Of a stretch of 39,587 nt of DNA, positions 17,508 through 26,345 are shown piece after piece. The notes under the pieces were generated by a model. That model saw only the letters and a list, made by a program, of their open reading frames with translations, was not told the DNA's origin and searched no databases. The stretch is from an uncultured Bdellovibrionales bacterium (GTDB lineage Bacteria; Patescibacteriota; Minisyncoccia; Moranbacterales; UBA2206). How positions within the stretch are numbered: the stretch's first letter is position 1; each line of letters begins with the position of its first letter. Both the position numbers and the translations under genes were made by a program. The stretch lies in NCBI GenBank assembly GCA_964516165.1, contig CAZEYB010000001.1, forward strand, positions 15,152-54,738, in the 5' to 3' direction.

Positions 17508-18616
17508 AGAAGATTTTATTAATTACTCGCCCGATTGCTCCGCCTTGGGATGAAGCTTCCAAGAACTTTGCCTATACTTTAGCGAAAAAATTGGATATAT
17601 TTGAAATATATCTTTTGACCAATGGTTTCCTCCCTGATTTACCACCGCATATCCACCAGAAGCCGATTTATACTTCCAATCAATTAAGCTACCTGCAAAA
17701 AGCAAGACTTTTAAAACTTAGGAGTTTACTGCAAAAGAATGATTTTGATATTCTTCACTATATGCTTACTCCTGCCAAGCTTAATGCTTTTTCCTTTAAA
17801 ACTTTTATAAAACCTGGCCGCGCCAAAATCATTCAGACTGTCGCCACGCTCCGGGAAGATTTATATTCCGAGAAAGAAATTAAAAACTTTTTATTTGGAG
17901 ATTTGATTGTTACTTATTCCGATTACGCCAAAAATAAACTTAACTCGCTGGGATTCGCCAATGTTAAACGAATTTATCCCGGAATTGATTTGGAAGAATA
18001 CAAAAAAACAGAAAAAAACGCGGATTTAATGAAACAAAAAAATATTGCCCAATCGGATTTTGTGATAAATTTCACCGGAGAATACACGCGGCTTGGAGCC
18101 ATCGATCTGGTAATCGATAGTTTCATTGAAATCGTAAAAATTATTCCCGAAGCGAAGCTAGCTCTGGCGGCAAGAATCAAGAACAGCGCCGATGACCGAA
18201 AGAAAAAAGAAGTGCTGGAAAAATTAAAAAAACACGATCTTCTGGAAAGAGTTTCTTTTTTTGATGATGGCAGTTATCAAATGCCGGATGTTTACAATCT
18301 TTGCGACCTAAGCCTTTTCCCCGTTTCCGATATGAAAGGAAAATTCGACATTCCCCTGGCCGTAATCGAAGCTATGGCTTGCGAAAAGCCGGTGATAATT
18401 TCCAATCTTCCAATCCTTTCTGAAATAGCCAGGCCCGACAACTCTGTTATAATAGAAAAAGGAAACATTCAAGAATTAATTCGGGCGGTTTTGGATTTAT
18501 ATCGCGATCAGGAAAAGCGAAACAGAATGGGATCGGCGGCGAGAAGTTTCGTGAAAACTAATTTTGATATAGAAAAAATCGCCGAAATATACAGTCGGAT
18601 TTACGCTAAATTATGA
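17504..18616 (+). CDS. Glycosyltransferase family 4-like (GT-B fold, divergent)
   Basis: 370 aa. C-terminal KGKFDIPLAVIEAMACEKPVIIS corresponds to the GT4 E-x7-E region with the first Glu position altered, and FTGEYTRLG lies upstream. Confidence 0.7.
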   Translation: MKKILLITRPIAPPWDEASKNFAYTLAKKLDIFEIYLLTNGFLPDLPPHIHQKPIYTSNQLSYLQKARLLKLRSLLQKNDFDILHYMLTPAKLNAFSFKTFIKPGRAKIIQTVATLREDLYSEKEIKNFLFGDLIVTYSDYAKNKLNSLGFANVKRIYPGIDLEEYKKTEKNADLMKQKNIAQSDFVINFTGEYTRLGAIDLVIDSFIEIVKIIPEAKLALAARIKNSADDRKKKEVLEKLKKHDLLERVSFFDDGSYQMPDVYNLCDLSLFPVSDMKGKFDIPLAVIEAMACEKPVIISNLPILSEIARPDNSVIIEKGNIQELIRAVLDLYRDQEKRNRMGSAARSFVKTNFDIEKIAEIYSRIYAKL

Positions 18617-20139
18617 GCCAATATAATTTCGAAAACTTATCTCTCCATAAAAAAAAGCTTCAAGACGGTTTGATGCGCGTCCCGGCTGTTTTTCATGTGT
18701 CGGAAGAGCTTATGCCCAATGACGCTACTATTGAGGAAATCCGCCAAGTCGCCTCCGATGAGCGCGTTTTCCATCATATAGCCGCGCTCTCCGATGTCCA
18801 CAGCAAGAAAGGACGCAAAAATCCGGCCGGAACGGTAATAGCTACCAGAAATTATTTTTTGCCCCAGATCAACGATACCGCCCCGAATTGCGGCATGCGT
18901 CTACTCAAGACTAATCTTACCGATTCCGATTTGGCTGGAAACAACATGGACGCTTTATTTAACGAACTGGTTGAAGTTATTCCGACTAAAGCTTATATCG
19001 GAACCAAAATCCCCTATTCTTTAGTGCTGGATATTTGCCGGGAAGGCGTGTCGCCGATAACTCGATTTTTAAAAACCCGGACTAAAAATGAGATTGAAAA
19101 CACATGGAAATCGGGAAATTTTTTCTCCGCCCAAGGCGGATCCGCCTATGGCGGAGAACGCGAAGTGACCAATCGCAAAATTTTAGACGCTATCCCGAAA
19201 TTATTTTTAAATATCGGGAGATACCGGTTGGGAATTTTAGGCGCGGCTGGAAATCATTTTTTGGATCTTATGAAAGTAACAGAAATTAAAAATTCGAAAA
19301 TAGCTGAAAAATTGGGAATTCATTCCGGACAATACATTTTTCTTATGCACACCGGCTCCGGGCTTCTCGGCCAATACGCTTCTTATTTCTACACGCCAAA
19401 AAAGAAAGAACATTTTAGCCAGCGAATTGTTCTGGAAATAGGCAAGTTCACTTTTGATTCCCAAATGAAAAAAGTTTACCATAATTTGGCTAAAAAAATC
19501 AGCCAGTATAGAAATGAGGAGGAATTTTTTGCTTATGAAGACGACAGTCTGGAAGGAAAAATGTTTTTCAGCGCCCATTGCGCCGCGGGAAATCATGGCT
19601 TTGCCAATCGAAGCGTTTTAACCCATCATTTGGATCAAGCGATAGAAAAAGTGCTGGGAAAAAACCCGGAGCTCGATCTCCTTTATGATATGCCGCATGT
19701 TTTTATTGACCGTGAAAATCATTTTGGCGAAGATGTCTGGGTGCACCGAAATAACGCTTCCCGCGCTTTCGGACCGAAAAGAATGAAAGATCATCCTCTG
19801 TTTTCCCAGACCGGAGAACCGGCTTTCATCCCTTCTTCTATGAGCACGCCGGCTTATCTCGGAGCGGGAACGGATGAAAACGAATCGACTTTTTTCTCGT
19901 CGGCTCACGGAACCGGCCGAAGAGAAATCCCTGAAAATAACATTCCCGCGAGCAAAGCCGATTTATTCGAAAAAATGAGCCATCGGCAAGTGAAACTTTA
20001 TAACGCCAAATCTAAAGGCGTCGTTCTCCAAGACGCGGGATATTATAAAGATGTTGAAGAAGTAATTTCAGGAATGGTGGAAAATAAAATCGTGAATGTA
20101 GTCGCCAAAATGGAACCGGTGGCCGTACTGATGTATTAA
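18613..20139 (+). CDS. rtcB: RtcB-family RNA 3'-phosphate ligase homologue (divergent)
   Basis: 508 aa. Ordered RtcB-like motifs: MRVPAVFHVSEEL, ALSDVHSKKG, APNCGMRL, GAAGNHFLDL, LMHTGSGLLG, HRNNASRAF, IPSSMSTPAYLG and SSAHGTGRR (position of the guanylylated His). The ATG overlaps the upstream TGA (ATGA). Confidence 0.75.
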   Translation: MSQYNFENLSLHKKKLQDGLMRVPAVFHVSEELMPNDATIEEIRQVASDERVFHHIAALSDVHSKKGRKNPAGTVIATRNYFLPQINDTAPNCGMRLLKTNLTDSDLAGNNMDALFNELVEVIPTKAYIGTKIPYSLVLDICREGVSPITRFLKTRTKNEIENTWKSGNFFSAQGGSAYGGEREVTNRKILDAIPKLFLNIGRYRLGILGAAGNHFLDLMKVTEIKNSKIAEKLGIHSGQYIFLMHTGSGLLGQYASYFYTPKKKEHFSQRIVLEIGKFTFDSQMKKVYHNLAKKISQYRNEEEFFAYEDDSLEGKMFFSAHCAAGNHGFANRSVLTHHLDQAIEKVLGKNPELDLLYDMPHVFIDRENHFGEDVWVHRNNASRAFGPKRMKDHPLFSQTGEPAFIPSSMSTPAYLGAGTDENESTFFSSAHGTGRREIPENNIPASKADLFEKMSHRQVKLYNAKSKGVVLQDAGYYKDVEEVISGMVENKIVNVVAKMEPVAVLMY

Positions 20140-20145
20140 ATAATT

Positions 20146-20751
20146 ATGAAATTAATCACCATTTCCGGACTGGACGGTTCGGGAAAGTCCACTCAAATAG
20201 AACGGCTGAAAAATTATTTAGAATCGCAGAAAAAGCGCGTTTTTTATTTCCACGCGGTTGAATTTTCTTTGGCAAAAAAATTAACTGATTTTAGAAATAA
20301 ATACTGCTTGATTTGCCAAATGACAAAAAAATGCAAAATTTATAAAGAAAAAAGCATTACACGCGCCAATGCTCTCCAAATATTTTTACGGAAAATATTC
20401 TTGCGAATTGATATTTGGCGGTTTAATTTGTTGCGTAACAAATTACTTAACAAAAATTATGATTATATTTTAAGCGATAGATATTTTTACGACAGCGTGA
20501 TAAATATAGAATATCTGTCTAATAATATTTTTCTGACATCAAATATTAAAAAGCCGGATTTGGCCATATATCTCAAAGTTTCGCCTGACATTATTATGCG
20601 GCGCCAACGGGTGCCTGATCAGGGAATTAAATATCTCAAAAAGAAAAAAGAGCTTTATGAAGCCAAAATGTCCCAATGGAATATGCGAATTATTGACGGA
20701 GATAGAGACAAAAACACCATTTTTGAAGAAATAAAAAACTTTCTCCGCTAG
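20146..20751 (+). CDS. Thymidylate-kinase-like P-loop kinase (atypical)
   Basis: 201 aa. P-loop ISGLDGSGKSTQ, DRY-type motif SDRYFYDS and a lid-like RRQR. It lacks the TREPGGT NMP-binding motif and has a basic ~50-aa insertion containing CLICQMTKKC. Confidence 0.55.
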   Translation: MKLITISGLDGSGKSTQIERLKNYLESQKKRVFYFHAVEFSLAKKLTDFRNKYCLICQMTKKCKIYKEKSITRANALQIFLRKIFLRIDIWRFNLLRNKLLNKNYDYILSDRYFYDSVINIEYLSNNIFLTSNIKKPDLAIYLKVSPDIIMRRQRVPDQGIKYLKKKKELYEAKMSQWNMRIIDGDRDKNTIFEEIKNFLR

Positions 20752-20756
20752 AACTT

Positions 20757-22241
20757 ATGTCAAACTTTTTGGTAAAATCAACCCTTTGGGTCACGCTCTC
20801 GGAAATTATTTTTAATTTGTCCGGTTTCGTGATTCATTCGGTCGTCGGGCGAATTTTAGGTCCGGCGGATTATGGCCGGTTCGGATTGGTCGTAACGCTC
20901 ACGACCATGGTCATTATTCTTATTGGGAACGGCATTCCGACCGCCATGGCCAAATACATCAGCGAAGTTTTCGATACCAATTCCGCTCTCGTAAAAATTA
21001 TTAAGCGCCAGGCGATTATTTTACAAAGTTTTATAGTCGGAGCGACTACTGTTATTTTCTTCCTAAGCGCGCCGATTTTATCTAAAATTCTCGGCGATCC
21101 GACCCTCACTCCCCTCTTTCAAATTTCTTCGCTTATTATCCCGGCCTTTGCCGCCGCGTCTTTCTATTTTTCCTATTACACCGGGCTTCACCGCTTTAAT
21201 ATTCAATCATTTCTTAAGGTTTCCCGATCGTTTTTTCGAATTGTCTTTATTATCACTTTAGCTTATTTTTTCCGAGTGAAAGGTTCTGTTATCGGCTATA
21301 TCATCGCTCCCGCTCTTGTTTTCTTTTTGGCTTTTTTGATCGATAAATTCAAAGTTTCAAAAGAAATCCGCTTGAATCCGCGTGAAATTAACTCAAATCA
21401 GCGCGATAATTTTGATTGGCGAGTTTTAGCCAACTACGCTTGGCAAATCGTCATTTTCTTTTTAGCCTACGAACTGCTGATAAGCATTGATTTATATTTG
21501 GTTAAGGGCATCCTGCGCGACGATTATCTTGCCGGTATTTACAACGGAGCCCTTACTGTCGGACGAATCCCCTATTACATTTTCTACGCTCTCACTGTCG
21601 TGCTTCTTCCGGTCATATCCAAAAGCACTTCTCAAAACAACCGCGACAAAACGGTCGGAATCATCAGTCAGACACTCCGTCTCATGCTTATTTTTCTAGT
21701 TCCGTCGGTCATTCTCATGAGTGTTTTTTCCCAGTCAATTATCCGGGTCTTTTATTCCAGCCGTTACATTGATGCCGCTTATCCGATGTCCATTCTGGTT
21801 TGGGGAGTGGGATTTCTCACTATTTTTTATGTTCTTTGTTTCGTTATGAGCGGGGCGGGAAAAATAAAAAAACCGATGTTTATTTCCATCGCCGGACTGA
21901 TTCTTAACACTCTGCTTAATTATTTTATGATAAAAAAATACGGCATAACCGGATCGGCTATCGCCACTTCAATTGCTTCCGCCGCCATTACACTCATAAT
22001 GCTTCGGGAAATAAAAAAAGATTTCAACGTTATGATTTCTTTTAAAACACTTTTGAAAACACTTTTTGCCGGCGCCGTAATTTTTATAATCGCCCGGATG
22101 CTCCCCGGAGATGGAAATATTTTTATTTTTTGGACGATTCCGCTTTTCGCCTTATATTTACTGATTCTTTATGCCATGGCGGAAATAAAAAAAGAAGATA
22201 TTTTCTTTTTAAAAAATTCGCTCAAGCGACAGCCAAAATGA
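20757..22241 (+). CDS. Wzx/MOP-superfamily polysaccharide flippase
   Basis: 494 aa with about 12-14 TM helices and the N-terminal pattern typical of polysaccharide biosynthesis (MOP) proteins (SG.VIHSVVGRILGPADYG.F). Confidence 0.7.
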   Translation: MSNFLVKSTLWVTLSEIIFNLSGFVIHSVVGRILGPADYGRFGLVVTLTTMVIILIGNGIPTAMAKYISEVFDTNSALVKIIKRQAIILQSFIVGATTVIFFLSAPILSKILGDPTLTPLFQISSLIIPAFAAASFYFSYYTGLHRFNIQSFLKVSRSFFRIVFIITLAYFFRVKGSVIGYIIAPALVFFLAFLIDKFKVSKEIRLNPREINSNQRDNFDWRVLANYAWQIVIFFLAYELLISIDLYLVKGILRDDYLAGIYNGALTVGRIPYYIFYALTVVLLPVISKSTSQNNRDKTVGIISQTLRLMLIFLVPSVILMSVFSQSIIRVFYSSRYIDAAYPMSILVWGVGFLTIFYVLCFVMSGAGKIKKPMFISIAGLILNTLLNYFMIKKYGITGSAIATSIASAAITLIMLREIKKDFNVMISFKTLLKTLFAGAVIFIIARMLPGDGNIFIFWTIPLFALYLLILYAMAEIKKEDIFFLKNSLKRQPK

Positions 22242-22263
22242 TTTTTTTCATTTCATCCTAAAA

Positions 22264-24099
22264 TTAATCGTCTTCTTTTTCGCTTTCTAAATCATCCGAG
22301 CCGCTTTCGTCAATTTCAACATTGTTATTTTTTGAATTTCCGAAAATGTCCCGCCAAAAAACCCGATCCGCTTTGACAGCCTCCGATTTAGACGCCTCGG
22401 AATTATCCGGCATGACTGCGAATTTTGGCTTTGGATTGAGGTTCTGAATTTTATAAACAGAAATTTGTCCGGCTTTTTTAGAATCCAATATCTTAACTTC
22501 CCCGAACTCTTTAAAAACGTAATCATTATTTTTTTCCGAAGGAATAACAGCAAAATACGGACCGACTGCGTCATTTTCTTTTTCAACTCTTGAAGCTGAA
22601 AGCTCGGAATCTTTTTTAAGCGAAAGCAAATATTTAACCGGTGAAAAATGCTCTTGCTTGACATAATAAACAAGCGGCGCATCCGGCTCGCGATTCTCGT
22701 ACATATAATCTACCGCCTTTTCCAGCTGCGCCAGTGTTACTCCATCTTGATTTTTCAGAATTAGCGTCCGGTTAATAGACGTATCTTTAAGCTGAGATTT
22801 TTCTTGTTCGGAAAACCAGGCCAATGTACCTTTAAGATTCATGCCGACAATAAAGGCGGTTATTATGATTGCGAGGTATTTTCCTCGCCTGCCGATCTGT
22901 TCTTTAATAAAGACAAAAATCAGGCCCAAGAAAATAAACGGCAACGGAAAAACCGGGATGAAAAAGCGCGGTCTCAGCGAAGAATACAGCGGTATGGCGA
23001 GAATATAAAAAATTCCGAACCAAGCTATTAAAAGCCAAAGAAAATTATTTCTGATCCGATCTTTATGTTTAACGATATTTCTTATCGCCAAAGCTAAACC
23101 GGCTAAAATCGTCATAGCCGCTAAAAATCCGAAAAGCCGGTTGTCTTCCGTTTTGCCTTTGTAACATTCGGAAAAGGCCACCAGGCAATAATATTTCGTC
23201 TGTTTATCCATTGACCGCTCAAACTTTACGGAAAGTTTTTTATCATTTGGTTTCGTGCTGAAAGCTTCGACAAAACTCCTGGCGTTTTCTCCTCCCCTTA
23301 TCGCATCGCTTACAACTACAGGGCTATAAACAACTAAAAGAGTAACTATAAAGACCGCGACATAAGCCAGACTTTTCTGGCTGGAATATGAACCAGCCGC
23401 TTCGGACTGCTCAATGGCATCCAATTTCTTTTTAGCAAAAATCTTTTTCCAGGGCGAAAAATGCGTTAATAAAACAAACGCGGTTATAGTCGGAAGACAA
23501 AATACGCCCAGAAAATGAAGCTGGCTTCCGACTCCGATTCCAATTGCCGCCAGAACCGCGGAGAATATCTTTTTCTTGAAATTATCCGTCCGCAAAAAAT
23601 TTAACAGCCCATAAAAATTCAGAAGAGCGAAAAATAAGAGCGAATTGGGATTCCAGGCAAACCGCGCGTATTGAATAGCGATAAAAGAAAAAGCGTACAT
23701 CAGCATTATCAGAAAAGAATTCAGTTTGGAAAAATAGAAGCGTAAAAAAAGATAAAGAAGAGGGATAGTTAGAATTGAAAAAAATAAATCCGGATAAGCA
23801 AAAACCGGCGGTTCGACCGAATTGAAAATTTTTCCGGACAGATATTGGAAATAATAATAAGCCGGTCCCAGCCGTAAAAATCCAGCCGAAACTTCAGTCG
23901 CGCCCGCCCGCGGGCCTAAAAGCGGAAGTTCGCCCGGACCGTTTTCTATGGCTTTCCCTACCATCGCCGCGTCGCGCGCCTGGTCCATTTTAAAATACAG
24001 CCAATCATGATGATTATAAGCTCGTAGCCAAAATCCGACCGCCATTACGGCTAAAATAAAGACGGCTACCGTATATTTTCGGTTAAGAAAACTTGGCAT
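22264..24099 (-). CDS. GT-C glycosyltransferase, ArnT/PMT_2-like, paralogue 1 of 6
   Basis: 611 aa. FWLRAYNHHDWLYFKMDQARD, LGPAYYYF, AYPDLFFSILTIPLLY, ARFAWNPN, GSQLHFLG and a C-terminal soluble domain ending GQISVYKI plus an acidic tail. Confidence 0.65.
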   Translation of the reverse strand: MPSFLNRKYTVAVFILAVMAVGFWLRAYNHHDWLYFKMDQARDAAMVGKAIENGPGELPLLGPRAGATEVSAGFLRLGPAYYYFQYLSGKIFNSVEPPVFAYPDLFFSILTIPLLYLFLRFYFSKLNSFLIMLMYAFSFIAIQYARFAWNPNSLLFFALLNFYGLLNFLRTDNFKKKIFSAVLAAIGIGVGSQLHFLGVFCLPTITAFVLLTHFSPWKKIFAKKKLDAIEQSEAAGSYSSQKSLAYVAVFIVTLLVVYSPVVVSDAIRGGENARSFVEAFSTKPNDKKLSVKFERSMDKQTKYYCLVAFSECYKGKTEDNRLFGFLAAMTILAGLALAIRNIVKHKDRIRNNFLWLLIAWFGIFYILAIPLYSSLRPRFFIPVFPLPFIFLGLIFVFIKEQIGRRGKYLAIIITAFIVGMNLKGTLAWFSEQEKSQLKDTSINRTLILKNQDGVTLAQLEKAVDYMYENREPDAPLVYYVKQEHFSPVKYLLSLKKDSELSASRVEKENDAVGPYFAVIPSEKNNDYVFKEFGEVKILDSKKAGQISVYKIQNLNPKPKFAVMPDNSEASKSEAVKADRVFWRDIFGNSKNNNVEIDESGSDDLESEKEDD

Positions 24100-24112
24100 A
24101 AAATATGTATGA

Positions 24113-24141
24113 ATTATAGTTTATTTCGGCCGTATTCGCAA
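24113..24141 (-). promoter_or_regulatory. Candidate internal promoter for paralogue 1 (TTGCGA-17-TATAAT)
   Basis: On the minus strand, TTGCGA lies at 24141-24136 and TATAAT at 24118-24113 with a 17-nt spacer, inside the 51-nt gap between paralogues 2 and 1. It implies a very short leader. Confidence 0.3.
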
Positions 24142-24150
24142 AGCTGATTA

Positions 24151-25932
24151 TTAATCCTCATCAAGGGTTATTTCACTCCAGTTATACCTTTTTGGACCGC
24201 TTGATTTTGATTGCCTATCATCAAAGATCTTATAATCGTCGGTAATCGCCTCTTCTTTGGGAATGAGTTTTAAAACCGCTAAAGTCCCGAAATTTTTTAT
24301 TTCGGCGATATCATAAAAAGATTCTTCTTTTTTTCCTATTTTGTATTGATTGTCCGGCTTTCTATAATCCACCCAAAAATAATTAACATAACGGTAAATT
24401 TTATCATGGTTGATTCTGTCGTTAAAAAGAACGTTCTTCCGCTCAAAAATATAGGCTATCGCCGACACATAGCGCGTTTCTCCGTAAAATAAAATAGGAT
24501 ATCCATTTTTTTTCTGATTCTCCATCATATATTCGGCGATTTGTTTTTCTTGCGAATAAGTAACGCGCGTTTTTTCTTTAAGTATCGAATCATTTTCTAT
24601 TTTAATATTATTTTGGCTCGCGCCAGCCAGTTGGAAAAATCGGCTGGCGGCTTCTTTGCCGTTGGAAAAAATAAGAACAGCCAAAACCATCGCGGGAATA
24701 ATGTAATCCAAATAATATTTTTTCGATATTGTCTCAAAGATAAGACCGAGAAATATAAAAGGCATGAACGCGCCCAGAAGGAAAAAACGCGGTGAAATAG
24801 AAAGCGCTAAAGGCGTAAAAATAGCGAATGAGATAAAAAAGAAAGTCCCATTCAGGAAGAGAAAATCTTTTTTAACGGAATCGGTTTTCCTTTTCCATCG
24901 CAAAACAAGCAATGAAAACCCTGACACCAAAAACATCGCGCTTATCAATCCGAGATAATAATCCTGCGGGCAATCGTTTTCATCACATCGCCGAAAGTAG
25001 CTGGCGATTCCATTCAAATTTAACCCCAAAAGACTGTTACCGTCCCTTCCCGAAAGCATCAAAAAATATCCGGCGGAATGTTCTTTTAGATTCAGAAAAA
25101 CTTTTTTGGCCAAACCGGCTTCGTTTTTTTCAGACTTATCCGTAATCGCCCCAAAAAACTGCTCGGTATTATCTCCCCCGGTCATGGTTTCATTTATAAA
25201 AACCGGGGCATAAAACAGCAAGGCGGATAAAATCGCGAGGCTCCAGACAATTAATTTTAATTTCGGACGTTTTACGAGTAAAAAAATAAAAAACACAATA
25301 GGCAAAATTATAAACGCCAAAAAATGCAACTGCGTGGAAATGGATAAAGCGGCAAAACTTATTATCAGCCAGATATTTCGCCGTTTTTCGCCCGTATCGA
25401 CAGCGCGCAACATCGCGTAAAAAGATAAAGGCACGAAGAACACTAAATAATTAGGATTCCAAGCAAAACGGGAATAAACAATCAGGAAAGCGGAAGCTCC
25501 CGCGAGAAACACCAGAATAATTGAAATCTTTTTATCAAAGTAGCGCCGAAAATAAAGATAAAAAATAGGCAAAGCCAAAACAGAAAGCACTAACACTCCG
25601 CTAGCAATTCCCGGCGGCGTGTTTCCGGAAACTTTCGCGCTTAAATATGAGAGGTAATAAAAAGCCGGTCCGAGACGTAAAAACGTCCCCTGCGCCCGCG
25701 GACCCAGAAGCGGTAAATTGTTTATTCCGCCAATTACAGCTTCGGACACGACTTCGGCATCGCGCGCCTGATCAAGCTCAAAATGCAGCCAATCGGAAAA
25801 ATGATAAGACCGTAAAAATATCGCCAAAACCATCATTCCAAGAAATAAGAACCGAAAAAGGTTTTTCTTGTTCAAAATCCGGGCTTTATTTTTCTTTGTC
25901 TCTATCTTATGATTCAAAGTGTCGTTCTCCAT
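24151..25932 (-). CDS. GT-C glycosyltransferase, ArnT/PMT_2-like, paralogue 2 of 6
   Basis: 593 aa. FLRSYHFSDWLHFELDQARD, LGPAFYYL, SRFAWNPN, STQLHFLAF and a C-terminal domain with NFGTLAVLKL. The start overlaps the upstream metallopeptidase gene by 26 nt. Confidence 0.65.
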   Translation of the reverse strand: MENDTLNHKIETKKNKARILNKKNLFRFLFLGMMVLAIFLRSYHFSDWLHFELDQARDAEVVSEAVIGGINNLPLLGPRAQGTFLRLGPAFYYLSYLSAKVSGNTPPGIASGVLVLSVLALPIFYLYFRRYFDKKISIILVFLAGASAFLIVYSRFAWNPNYLVFFVPLSFYAMLRAVDTGEKRRNIWLIISFAALSISTQLHFLAFIILPIVFFIFLLVKRPKLKLIVWSLAILSALLFYAPVFINETMTGGDNTEQFFGAITDKSEKNEAGLAKKVFLNLKEHSAGYFLMLSGRDGNSLLGLNLNGIASYFRRCDENDCPQDYYLGLISAMFLVSGFSLLVLRWKRKTDSVKKDFLFLNGTFFFISFAIFTPLALSISPRFFLLGAFMPFIFLGLIFETISKKYYLDYIIPAMVLAVLIFSNGKEAASRFFQLAGASQNNIKIENDSILKEKTRVTYSQEKQIAEYMMENQKKNGYPILFYGETRYVSAIAYIFERKNVLFNDRINHDKIYRYVNYFWVDYRKPDNQYKIGKKEESFYDIAEIKNFGTLAVLKLIPKEEAITDDYKIFDDRQSKSSGPKRYNWSEITLDED

Positions 25933-26332
25933 TTACCTTTTTTAGATTAGTTTTCCTTCTCGCTTCCAATCGGCGCACTTCGTTTTCATTCATGCCAAAA
26001 TGATGCGCGATTTCGTGCCAGACTGTGTTTTTCACTATTTCTTTGATATCCTTGACATCGCGCGCCGCCTGCTCAATCGGTTTCTGGAAAATCGTTATTT
26101 TATCCGGAAGCACCGAACCGTAATGAGACCCTCGAGATATCTGCGGCACGCCTTCGTAAAGGCCAAAAAGCGTCCATCCGCGACGAAGATTTAATTTCCT
26201 TATCTGCGCCGGCGCTGGTTCATCTTCAACAACCACGGCCACATTGTCCAATTTCCGCAAAAAGCGTTCCGGAATAGCCGCTACTCCCGCTTCTACCATA
26301 TTCCTAAATTCCGTCCGGGTTATCTTCCGCAT
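25907..26332 (-). CDS. Zincin_1 (DUF1025-type) metallopeptidase family protein
   Basis: 141 aa. VVVEDEP, LFGLYEGVP and the HExxH zinc motif in WHEIAHHFG are characteristic of the small cytosolic Zincin_1 family. Confidence 0.7.
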   Translation of the reverse strand: MRKITRTEFRNMVEAGVAAIPERFLRKLDNVAVVVEDEPAPAQIRKLNLRRGWTLFGLYEGVPQISRGSHYGSVLPDKITIFQKPIEQAARDVKDIKEIVKNTVWHEIAHHFGMNENEVRRLEARRKTNLKKVNGERHFES

Positions 26333-26345
26333 ACATAATATGTAA

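Noticed and set aside
23906-23915. Short GC palindromes inside the GT-C genes, for example GCCCGCGGGC at 23906-23915 and the similar CCGCGG in paralogue 2
   Set aside because: They fall on the conserved LGPRAG peptide and are explained by codon choice for Gly/Pro/Arg/Ala. There is no extended symmetry.
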